Of a stretch of 64,000 nt of DNA, positions 44,976 to 55,887 are shown one piece after another. Made by a program: the position numbers and the translations under genes. Numbering within the stretch: the first letter of the stretch is position 1; every line of letters begins with the position of its first letter. This DNA is from an uncultured Acidobacteriota bacterium. Lineage in GTDB: Bacteria > Acidobacteriota > Vicinamibacteria > Vicinamibacterales > 2-12-FULL-66-21. Below the pieces are notes generated by a model, which was not told where the DNA came from, did no database searches, and worked only from the letters and a program-made list of their open reading frames with translations. The stretch covers positions 418,481 to 482,480 of the forward strand of contig CAVXMQ010000018.1 in the NCBI GenBank assembly GCA_963762995.1, in the 5' to 3' direction.

Positions 44976-45644
44976 ATGCCAGCCTGTTGCTCGACGTTCG
45001 AACGTGCGGCGGAACAGCAGTTCAACGAAAAGAAGGCCGCGCAGGAACTGAAGCGTTACCGGACGAAGGGTCCAGGACCGACCACGCGGTTGCTCCAGGA
45101 GGGCATCGCCCAGGCAGGAGCGCCGAAGGGCACGCTGCTCGATATCGGGTCGGGAGTTGGTTCGTTGACGTTTGGGCTGCTGGAGCGCGGCATCACTGCC
45201 GCCGTCGCGGTCGACGCATCGTCGGCGTACAACGGCGTCGCTCGGCAAGAGGCGGAACGGCTCGGCCGAGAAGAGGCAGTGCAGTTCATTCATGGCGACT
45301 TCGTGACCGTCGCCTCCGAGCTGCCAATCGCGACGCTCGTCACCCTGGACCGTGTCGTGTGCTGCTATCCGTCATATGAACCGCTCTTGGACGCGGCACT
45401 CTGTCACACCGATCGGTGTCTCGCATTCTCCTACCCTCGCGACGTGTGGTACGTGCGCGTCGGGGTCGCGTTGGAGAACCTCCAACGTCGTGTTGCGAAG
45501 AACCCGTTCCGGACCTTCGTGCACCCTGTTTTCAGGATGGAACAGATGATTCGAGCGGCCGGTTTCGCGCTTGCCAGTCGACGCGAGACGTGGATGTGGT
45601 CTGTCGATGTGTATATGCGCGGAGATGGACGAAGTCGTCAGTGA
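44976..45644 (+). CDS. Class I SAM-dependent methyltransferase (paralog of 41061..41699)
   Basis: 222-aa ORF. N-terminal CC..F...AAQELKRYRTKGP, SAM motif LLDIGSGVG. Same block order as the paralog. Confidence 0.75.
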   Translation: MPACCSTFERAAEQQFNEKKAAQELKRYRTKGPGPTTRLLQEGIAQAGAPKGTLLDIGSGVGSLTFGLLERGITAAVAVDASSAYNGVARQEAERLGREEAVQFIHGDFVTVASELPIATLVTLDRVVCCYPSYEPLLDAALCHTDRCLAFSYPRDVWYVRVGVALENLQRRVAKNPFRTFVHPVFRMEQMIRAAGFALASRRETWMWSVDVYMRGDGRSRQ

Positions 45645-45665
45645 AGTCCCAGGACGCTCTGTGTT

Positions 45666-45800
45666 CTACAGCGGCGCGATTCGCCGTCCAGACGTGACCA
45701 GGAACACCGCCAACCGATCGCGGACGTCCGGAGGGACGCTTAGGCCGCGTCCCCATTCGATCGTGGCCTTCCACGAAACACCAAAGGCAGTGTGAGCCAT
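45666..45800 (-). CDS. Tiny ORF (44 aa) with strong RBS, unknown function
   Basis: GAGGAGG lies 5 nt before ATG 45800. MAHTAFGVSWKATIEWGRGLSVPPDVRDRLAVFLVTSGRRIAPL. Below the ORF-track cutoff. May be a remnant. Confidence 0.2.
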   Translation of the reverse strand: MAHTAFGVSWKATIEWGRGLSVPPDVRDRLAVFLVTSGRRIAPL

Positions 45801-45899
45801 GACACCTCCTCAGAGAGTGCGCCACCAACTGGCCCTCAGTCATTTCGTGACTTCGAGTGCCATGACAGCGTCGAGTAGGCACGTTCGCGAACAGAGACG

Positions 45900-46053
45900 G
45901 ATTCGTAATCAGCAGGTCGTCGGTTCGAGTCCGACCGCCGGCTCCAATATCAGGCGGGGGCTTCGCCCCGCGCACCCCTACACACTCACTCGCGCGGCGG
46001 CGCCGCGCTCCGTTCGCGTGGGCGCTCGCTTCGCTCGCGCCTATCTTTCTTCG
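45900..46053. repeat. Direct repeat copy B; first 47 nt (45900-45946) are a 3' fragment of tRNA-Thr
   Basis: gattcgtaatcagcaggtcgtcggttcgagtccgaccgccggctcca plus a 107-nt flank, near-identical to 40056-40210. No 5' half of a tRNA upstream. Confidence 0.9.
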
Positions 46054-46170
46054 AGCTTCGCCGCCGCTGACTTGCCGTCGGCGGCGTTGAGATAATTCCA
46101 CCCTGCCTCTTTGTAGGAACACGGCTACCATCACCCGGGCGCAATCCTGAGAACTGAAGGAGACTGCCTG

Positions 46171-46593
46171 ATGTTCATTCCGACATGGGTATGGGTGGTG
46201 TTGTTTGTGTTGGTGGCGTGGTTCATCGCCTCGCAATACAACCGGCCGGACATCATAAAGGACGAAATCAAGGCCTACGGTTTGTCCCTGTTGGTTCTGT
46301 GCGGGGTTGGAGTCGGCCTGGTGTTCGTTTGGACAGCGTATGAAGAGAATCCAACGGCCCGAACGATTGCAGGAGGACTGCTCGTCCTTGCCTACCTTGT
46401 CCATGTGCTCAGGCAATGGCCGGTGCTTCTATCGGCGGTTGTTGGTTTTTCAATAGCTCTGGCTTGCGCTTCCATCTTCGTTCCTGAAGGTGGATGGTTT
46501 GCGCTCACGTTCCTGTGGGGTGGAACGTTGCTCGCCGGGGTATGCCTCTTGTTGCTGGAGCATCTGGGATTGGCCAAACCGGAGAAGGCATGA
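46171..46593 (+). CDS. Hypothetical 4-TM membrane protein
   Basis: 140-aa ORF, AAGGAG 8 nt upstream of the ATG, four hydrophobic segments. Confidence 0.6.
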   Translation: MFIPTWVWVVLFVLVAWFIASQYNRPDIIKDEIKAYGLSLLVLCGVGVGLVFVWTAYEENPTARTIAGGLLVLAYLVHVLRQWPVLLSAVVGFSIALACASIFVPEGGWFALTFLWGGTLLAGVCLLLLEHLGLAKPEKA

Positions 46594-46904
46594 CCCGCCG
46601 CCTTCTCATCCTTACGTCGTCATCAGTGCCCCCCGACTGTTCCCCGCACCCGCACGATGACCCATCGCGCAGTCAACTTGCCAGAGATCGGATCTACGGC
46701 CCATCGCATCTTCATCGCACTCTCTCTTTTCTGCCTTCCCTCTCGGTGGGGCGCGATTAAGGGTAGCGAACTCCCCCCGATCTGACGGTAACCGGGCGGG
46801 CCAGATCCGGCTCCTTGTGGCGCGAGGAGTCCGACCTCGCACCTTCAGAGTTTCTTCAGGTTCTGCTCACGACTCCTGCGACGACCGGACCGTACCCTGC
46901 ACTC

Positions 46905-47462
46905 GTGGGCACGTCCTGGTCGCTCGCCTCGTTTTTCGCGGTCGCGCTCCTGATACCCGCGGGTGTCGAAGCGCAGGCGCCGGCAGCGCCGCCGACGCGC
47001 GACCCGATCCGCGACAGCCTGGCGATCGGCGGCAGCCTTACTCCAGCTCTCGCCGGTGGATTCGGATTCTGGCCGGCGGTTCGAATCAGTACCCCCGCGA
47101 GCCCTCGCCTCGCGCTCGATCTGGACGCCGGCTGGATGTTCCCCGAGACCAACGGCTACTTCACCACCCGGGATTTCTACGCCGTCCAGATGCGGTTCCT
47201 GCGAGCGCGACGGGATGCCACTGGCTCGACACGTTCCTGGATCGTGGGTGCCGGGTACATCCGCGGTTCAGAGCTTGACGGCGAAGGACATGTGACCGAT
47301 CCGCACGCGGGCATCGGCACGATCAAGATCGGCTACGGCGGCGACCAAATCTACGCCAACGGCATGCGCGTGGCGGGCGAGATCGGGGTCATCGGCGGCG
47401 GCAGCTCCGCGCCGACCGGGATCTACGCGAGCCTCACCGTGCAATGGCGCCCGCGCCACTGA
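46905..47462 (+). CDS. Hypothetical secreted protein, possibly small beta-barrel
   Basis: From GTG 46905: signal-like SWSLASFFAVALLIPAGVEAQA, then alternating-pattern strands ending YASLTVQWRPRH. Start uncertain. Confidence 0.45.
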   Translation: MGTSWSLASFFAVALLIPAGVEAQAPAAPPTRDPIRDSLAIGGSLTPALAGGFGFWPAVRISTPASPRLALDLDAGWMFPETNGYFTTRDFYAVQMRFLRARRDATGSTRSWIVGAGYIRGSELDGEGHVTDPHAGIGTIKIGYGGDQIYANGMRVAGEIGVIGGGSSAPTGIYASLTVQWRPRH

Positions 47463-47493
47463 CGAACACCGTCCACATGCCCTCGACGCGTCG

Positions 47494-51221
<3,728 letters not shown>

Positions 51222-51258
51222 GGGTTGTACGCGGCTCCGGTCCTGTAACCACAGGAGT

Positions 51259-51684
51259 CTATCGGACCTCGATCGCCTTCGCGAACCATTGCCGACCCAG
51301 ATTGGTGGGGGCGTGCGGCAGTGTCCCGAACGCGGTGTAACCGCCCTTCTCGTAGAAGCCTGGCGCCTGGAAAGTCATCGTGCTGAGAAATGCGACGCCG
51401 CATCCGCGGTCCGCGGCAATTTGCTCCGCTCGCTGCAACAACGCGCGCCCGAAGCCACGTCGTCGACTTCCCTCCGTGATCCACAGATCGGCGACGTAGA
51501 GAAACGTCCAGAAGATCTCGCCAACGAGGCCCCCCAGCAACTCCCCCTCGTCACCGCGGATCGACAGCGTCAGGTGTTGCGTGTTGCGCGGCCCGACCTG
51601 GCTCTCGTTCCATCGTTGAAGAGCCGCGGAGATCTCGGCAGCGACGGCGTGATCTTCTTCGAGCGTGATTCTGGGTCCAGTCAT
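51259..51684 (-). CDS. GNAT family N-acetyltransferase
   Basis: 141 aa from ATG 51684 (C-terminal part of ORF 51259..52131). Acetyl-CoA motif RRRGFGRALL. Confidence 0.8.
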   Translation of the reverse strand: MTGPRITLEEDHAVAAEISAALQRWNESQVGPRNTQHLTLSIRGDEGELLGGLVGEIFWTFLYVADLWITEGSRRRGFGRALLQRAEQIAADRGCGVAFLSTMTFQAPGFYEKGGYTAFGTLPHAPTNLGRQWFAKAIEVR

Positions 51685-51778
51685 GACTCTCCTGTCTCGC
51701 CCCCATTCTGCCAGCGAAGCACCCAACAAGCCGCACAATGGACCCTGACCGATACGGCGAGTAACATGACGTGAGAGC

Positions 51779-52216
51779 ATGGGACCGATCCTGCTGGCGT
51801 TGCTGCTGCAGTCTCCGCCGCCGCCGGCGCAAGCGGTCGATCTGCCCGTTTCGCTCGACCGCATCCGCGAGGGACTCGCGCGTCCGCCCCTGTTTGATCC
51901 GCCCAGGCCACGCCCGGGGAGGACGCCCGTTTTCCGAGTCAAGGTCGAGCAAATCTTGCTCGAGGGGCACGCCTGGCAGGAAAAACCGCCGGTTGCGCCG
52001 TGGGTGCAGCCGCTCATCCCGCTGCCCCATGTTGAATTCCTCGAGGCCGTGACGCCGGAGGAAGTCCGCGCGTCGGCGATGTATCCCTGCTGCAACGTGA
52101 CGCCCATCATCAGTGCCGTGAAGGGCTTCATCGACAGCCGCGTGCGGGCATCACGAGAGAAGAGCGCGAAGCGAGAGGTCGAAGAGGCGATGCGCGCGGC
52201 CGGAATTCGGCGTTAG
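51779..52216 (+). CDS. Hypothetical protein
   Basis: 145-aa ORF with a signal-like start. No family recognised. Confidence 0.4.
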   Translation: MGPILLALLLQSPPPPAQAVDLPVSLDRIREGLARPPLFDPPRPRPGRTPVFRVKVEQILLEGHAWQEKPPVAPWVQPLIPLPHVEFLEAVTPEEVRASAMYPCCNVTPIISAVKGFIDSRVRASREKSAKREVEEAMRAAGIRR

Positions 52217-52234
52217 CCCTCGACCGCACCCACT

Positions 52235-53590
52235 CTAACGAACGATCCGCAGGTTGATCGGCGGTGACGGACGCCGACCAGAGCGCTCGTAGGCGCCAAC
52301 GTCGTACGCCGTCCCTTGCGGCCGGTTGGTACCGACACGGTCGGTCGCCACTTCCGTGATCGTCACTCCCCTGTCGGCCGCCGGCGACGTGGCGCTCAAC
52401 TCGTAGTCGTGCCCCGCAGCGTTGGCGAACGCCGACGCAGACAACGCGAGATTGGACGGGCCCGGCGCCTCCGCCGGGAGCGCGGTGCCAAGGAAGGCCA
52501 CATTGCGCACGTCGAGCACGCTGCCCGACGACGACGCGGGAATGAAAGCCCGGCCCACACCGGTGCCGAAGGTGCTGTTCCAGACGCGAAGGCCCTGGAT
52601 GTTGTCTTCATAACGCACGCCGAAGTTCACCGTGTGGACGACGGCGTTCTGCACCCGCACGTTTGCCGGCGCGCGCAACCGGAAGGCAATCTCCGACGAG
52701 TGAATCGTCACGCCGTCCACCACGGCATCGACGTTCTCTTTCAGGTTGAGCGCCGCCATGTTGGAAATCAGTCCGGCGCGGAAGCCGAAGAACTCGCTGT
52801 TCCGGATCGTCAGCGCGGCACGCCCCGCAGTTGCGTTCACCTTCGTGTCGATCGCGTTCTCCCCCGGCACGATGCCGGCCGCGAACCCGTTCACGGGGCC
52901 AGGTAGCGGCTGCAGCCAGAAGCGGCACCCCTCGATCACGACGTCCCCCCAGCCGAGCGCGGAACGCCCCGGGTCGATCTGGAACGCATCACCGGAAAAC
53001 GTGTGGACCTCGGTGTTCCGGATCGTCAGGCGCCGGGCGGGGCCCGCGACGATGCCGTGCGCGTCGGTGCGGCCGTCGGCGGCATTGAGCGCGTGGTGGA
53101 TCAGCGAGCCCTCGATCAAGACGTCCGCGGGGCCGCCGATATCCACCGCGTCGCGACTGGTACTGCGAACCTCGCTGTTCCTCAGGATGAATCGCGTTCC
53201 CGCACTTCCGACCCGAACCACGTCGTCGGCGCCGAACTGTCCGTCGAGGACGAGCCTTTCGACCGTGATGTAGGCGTGGCCGATGGTCAGCACGCGTCCG
53301 GACGTGGTCACGATTGCCGACCCACGGGCGTCACGCGCGCGGATGGTGATGGGCGCTTGCGCGGTTCCGGAACGGACGGAAACGACGGCCTCGGCGTAGG
53401 TGCCGGGGCCCACGATAACGATGTCCCCGGGCTGGGCGGCGTTCACACCATCCTGGACCCGGCCGAACGGCGCGGTGGACGTCCCGGTGCCGGTTCCCCC
53501 CGCGGCGACATGCCATTCGGCGGAGAACGCCGGGGCTGCCGCTCCGCAAAGGAGCAGCAACGCTCCAACAAGGCAGGTGTGCGTGCGCAT
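52235..53590 (-). CDS. Secreted right-handed parallel beta-helix repeat protein
   Basis: From ATG 53590: MRTHTCLVGALLLLCGAAAPAFS, then periodic (V/I)xxxN(S/T)x(F/V) beta-helix-like turns (IRNSEF, VRNVAF, IRNTEV). Confidence 0.7.
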   Translation of the reverse strand: MRTHTCLVGALLLLCGAAAPAFSAEWHVAAGGTGTGTSTAPFGRVQDGVNAAQPGDIVIVGPGTYAEAVVSVRSGTAQAPITIRARDARGSAIVTTSGRVLTIGHAYITVERLVLDGQFGADDVVRVGSAGTRFILRNSEVRSTSRDAVDIGGPADVLIEGSLIHHALNAADGRTDAHGIVAGPARRLTIRNTEVHTFSGDAFQIDPGRSALGWGDVVIEGCRFWLQPLPGPVNGFAAGIVPGENAIDTKVNATAGRAALTIRNSEFFGFRAGLISNMAALNLKENVDAVVDGVTIHSSEIAFRLRAPANVRVQNAVVHTVNFGVRYEDNIQGLRVWNSTFGTGVGRAFIPASSSGSVLDVRNVAFLGTALPAEAPGPSNLALSASAFANAAGHDYELSATSPAADRGVTITEVATDRVGTNRPQGTAYDVGAYERSGRRPSPPINLRIVR

Positions 53591-53646
53591 ACTTTGGTTG
53601 GGGAGGTCTTCAGGGTAACACACGAGCGCTGGCGCGCCCGATCGGC

Positions 53647-53820
53647 TCAGACTTGCTCGGTTTCGTGAGAGGTTGCAGAGGGTTCCTCGAGGTCCCAGAC
53701 GTGCCCGCAGTCATTGCAACGGTAGTACGCCGGCTCGCGGTTCCCGTACAAGACGGTAGCCACACTGGAACATTCTGGGCAAGGCGACTCCGCGCCTGGG
53801 GATATTGGGTCAGACGACAT
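53647..53820 (-). CDS. Small zinc-ribbon protein (57 aa), not in ORF track
   Basis: Own translation: MSSDPISPGAESPCPECSSVATVLYGNREPAYYRCNDCGHVWDLEEPSATSHETEQV. CxxC...CxxC. AAGGAG 7 nt upstream of the ATG. Confidence 0.55.
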   Translation of the reverse strand: MSSDPISPGAESPCPECSSVATVLYGNREPAYYRCNDCGHVWDLEEPSATSHETEQV

Positions 53821-53912
53821 TGGGAACTCCTTTCCCCGCAGGATGTTCCGATGGTAGCGGATTCGGTCCGTCCGAAACTATCGCTAGTTCTGGGTATGGG
53901 ACGAAATGCGGG

Positions 53913-54128
53913 CTAACTGAGCGGAGCGTGTTGTGTGGCGGTTTCCACCAGTCGCCGGAATTCTCGCGACCGGAGCACGGTCGACTCGGCGTCGGCGCAC
54001 GGCTGGTCGATCAGGGGTTCGCCACGAAAGAAGACGATCAGACGGCGCTGATTGTTGGTGCGCCAATACTCGCACCTCCACTCGCCCAACTTCCAAAAAA
54101 TCATCTGAGGTACGGGTGCGTCGTTCAT
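53913..54128 (-). CDS. Small hypothetical protein (71 aa)
   Basis: ORF-track entry between the rhomboid and zinc-ribbon genes on the same strand. No family recognised. Confidence 0.35.
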   Translation of the reverse strand: MNDAPVPQMIFWKLGEWRCEYWRTNNQRRLIVFFRGEPLIDQPCADAESTVLRSREFRRLVETATQHAPLS

Positions 54129-54148
54129 CGCCGGGGAGCGACTTATAG

Positions 54149-54178
54149 CTCAGCTAGTTGATGGGGTCAATAGCTGAG
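54149..54178 (-). terminator. Hairpin CTCAGCTA-(14 nt)-TAGCTGAG immediately after the rhomboid stop
   Basis: 8-bp perfect stem abutting the stop codon at 54179-54181. No obvious U-tract. Confidence 0.25.
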
Positions 54179-54943
54179 TCACGGAAGACCCGTCATGCGT
54201 TCCGGGCGCCAGTGTTCCGAGGTGTGCGCAGCGACGCGATCGGTCCGTTCGAAGACTTTCACGAAGACGATTCCCGCGAGGAATCCACCAACGTGAGCCC
54301 AAAACGCCACGCCACCGCTTTCTGGCGCGAGCGCGCTGGTGAAGCCGCCAAACAACTGCAGCACCACCCAGTAAATGAGCATCACCCACGCTGGCAGCGC
54401 CATCGTCGTGATGAAGAAGCCGAGAAAGACCACAGTAAAGACCCGGACGCGTGGGAACAACACGAGGTACGCGCCCATGACGCCGCTGATGGCGCCAGAG
54501 GCTCCGACCATCGGGATCGCGGACGTCGGATTCGCGACCGTCTGCGCGAGTGCAGCGCCGAGGCCGGTCAGCAAGTAGAACGCCACGAAGCGCGGCCGCG
54601 TCATCGAGTCTTCGACGTTGTTGCCGAAGAGCCAAAGGAACCACAAGTTTCCGAGCAGGTGCATCCACGACCCGTGCAGGAACATTGAGGTCAGGACGTT
54701 GCCGACCTGGCGACCGGGATCGGTGGCGCAGACCAGTCCCTCACCAATCGGGAACGCCGTCCCGGGACGCAGCGACGCGGTCAGCTCGCCCGGGATCAAT
54801 CCGAGTTCGCACACCGATTTCGCCAGGGAGACCTCCGCGCCGGCACCTTGCACCACGACCCACATGAACACGCTCGCCGCGATCAGCGCGAAGGTGACGT
54901 AAGGCGTGCGCTGGGTCTGGTTCTCGTCGTGGTAAGGAAACAC
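54179..54943 (-). CDS. Rhomboid family intramembrane serine protease
   Basis: 254-aa multi-TM ORF. FLHGSWMHLLGNLWFLWLFG and catalytic GASGAISG motifs. Confidence 0.85.
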   Translation of the reverse strand: MFPYHDENQTQRTPYVTFALIAASVFMWVVVQGAGAEVSLAKSVCELGLIPGELTASLRPGTAFPIGEGLVCATDPGRQVGNVLTSMFLHGSWMHLLGNLWFLWLFGNNVEDSMTRPRFVAFYLLTGLGAALAQTVANPTSAIPMVGASGAISGVMGAYLVLFPRVRVFTVVFLGFFITTMALPAWVMLIYWVVLQLFGGFTSALAPESGGVAFWAHVGGFLAGIVFVKVFERTDRVAAHTSEHWRPERMTGLP

Positions 54944-54981
54944 GCGACATCAGGATACACTCCGCGCGTCAGGAGCCCCGC

Positions 54982-55887
54982 ATGCGTGTGATTGCCGTGT
55001 TGATGCCGATCGTCTTCGCTCTTCTCTCGATGAGCGGCCCCGCTGCCCAGCAGCCGAAGAAACTGAAACTGCACATCTCCGTCGACATGGAAGGCGTTGT
55101 CGGCGTGGTCACCGAGCAGCAGTTGAGCCCGGCGGGGTTCGAATATGCGCGCTTTCGTGACTTCATGACCAGGGAGGCACTGGCGGCCGTCGAAGCCGGC
55201 AAGGCGGCGGGCGCCACCGAAATCATCGTCGCCGACTCGCACGGAAACGGTCAGAACCTGCTCATCGACCAGTTCCCTGCCGACGTAAAGATGATTCGCT
55301 CCTGGCCGAGGCGCCTCGGCATGGTGGCAGGCGTCGACGAGACCGTGGATGCGGCGATCTTCATCGGCTACCACGCCGGCACCAACAACGCCGCCGGCGT
55401 CCGCGCGCATACGTTTTCGAGCGCGAACCTGACGCGTGTTGCCCTCAACGGCACCAACGTCACCGAAGGCTCATGGAACGCCGCCATCGCCGGGCATTTC
55501 AACGTCCCCGTCGTGATGATTTCGGGCGACGACGCCGCGATCGCGGAAGTCCGGAAGGCGGTTGGAAACATCGAGGGAGCGGAGACCAAGCGGAGCCTGG
55601 GATTCCACTCCGCCATCACGCTGACGCCGCAGGCGTCGTACGACCTGATCCGTCAACGGGTCCAGGCCGCGCTGGGACGGCGAAGCGACTTCAAGCCGTT
55701 CAAGGTGCAGACGCCGGTGACCGTGGATGTCAGCTTCAAGAACTACATGCCGGCCGAGATCCTGGCGTACCTGCCGCTCTTCGAGCGTGTGGACTCGCAC
55801 TCGATCCGCTTCCGCGCGAAAGACATGGTGGAGGCCTCGGCGATCATGAACTTCATCGGGGACTATCGGCCGGACATCACACCGTAG
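54982..55887 (+). CDS. Peptidase M55 (DppA-type D-aminopeptidase) family protein
   Basis: 301-aa ORF. Signal-like start, then KLHISVDMEGVVGV and ADSHGNG blocks. Confidence 0.75.
   Translation: MRVIAVLMPIVFALLSMSGPAAQQPKKLKLHISVDMEGVVGVVTEQQLSPAGFEYARFRDFMTREALAAVEAGKAAGATEIIVADSHGNGQNLLIDQFPADVKMIRSWPRRLGMVAGVDETVDAAIFIGYHAGTNNAAGVRAHTFSSANLTRVALNGTNVTEGSWNAAIAGHFNVPVVMISGDDAAIAEVRKAVGNIEGAETKRSLGFHSAITLTPQASYDLIRQRVQAALGRRSDFKPFKVQTPVTVDVSFKNYMPAEILAYLPLFERVDSHSIRFRAKDMVEASAIMNFIGDYRPDITP

Larger units (their letters stand above)
40056..46053. mobile_element. tRNA-Thr-associated islet bounded by 155/154-bp direct repeats; no integrase detected
   Basis: Intact tRNA at the left end, a 47-nt 3' tRNA fragment at the right end, seven genes between (cupin, 2 methyltransferases, ArsR-rhodanese, MFS, rhodanese-MBL, tiny ORF). 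No recombinase-like ORF in any frame by eye. Confidence 0.5.

Noticed and set aside
40211-45899. Integrase, excisionase or transposase inside the islet
   Set aside because: I read all six frames of the non-genic stretches (40211-40352, 45645-45899) and the listed ORFs. Nothing resembles tyrosine/serine recombinase or DDE motifs. This is a by-eye search only, so a short remnant could be missed.
45532-46416. 294-aa minus-strand ORF spanning the partial tRNA and direct repeat B
   Set aside because: It runs antisense through the tRNA fragment, the repeat and the start of the 46171 membrane-protein gene. Its composition is off-frame-like and it has no motifs.
46594-46904. 310-bp intergenic region as a possible ncRNA or small gene (track ORF 46612..46842 minus)
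   Set aside because: I saw no convincing structure, promoter or terminator, and the ORF translation is low-quality. There is not enough evidence to call anything.
54141-54178. tRNA-like TAGCTCAGCTAG string after the rhomboid gene
   Set aside because: It only resembles a D-arm consensus by chance. The region folds as a simple 8-bp hairpin, with no T-arm or acceptor stem.
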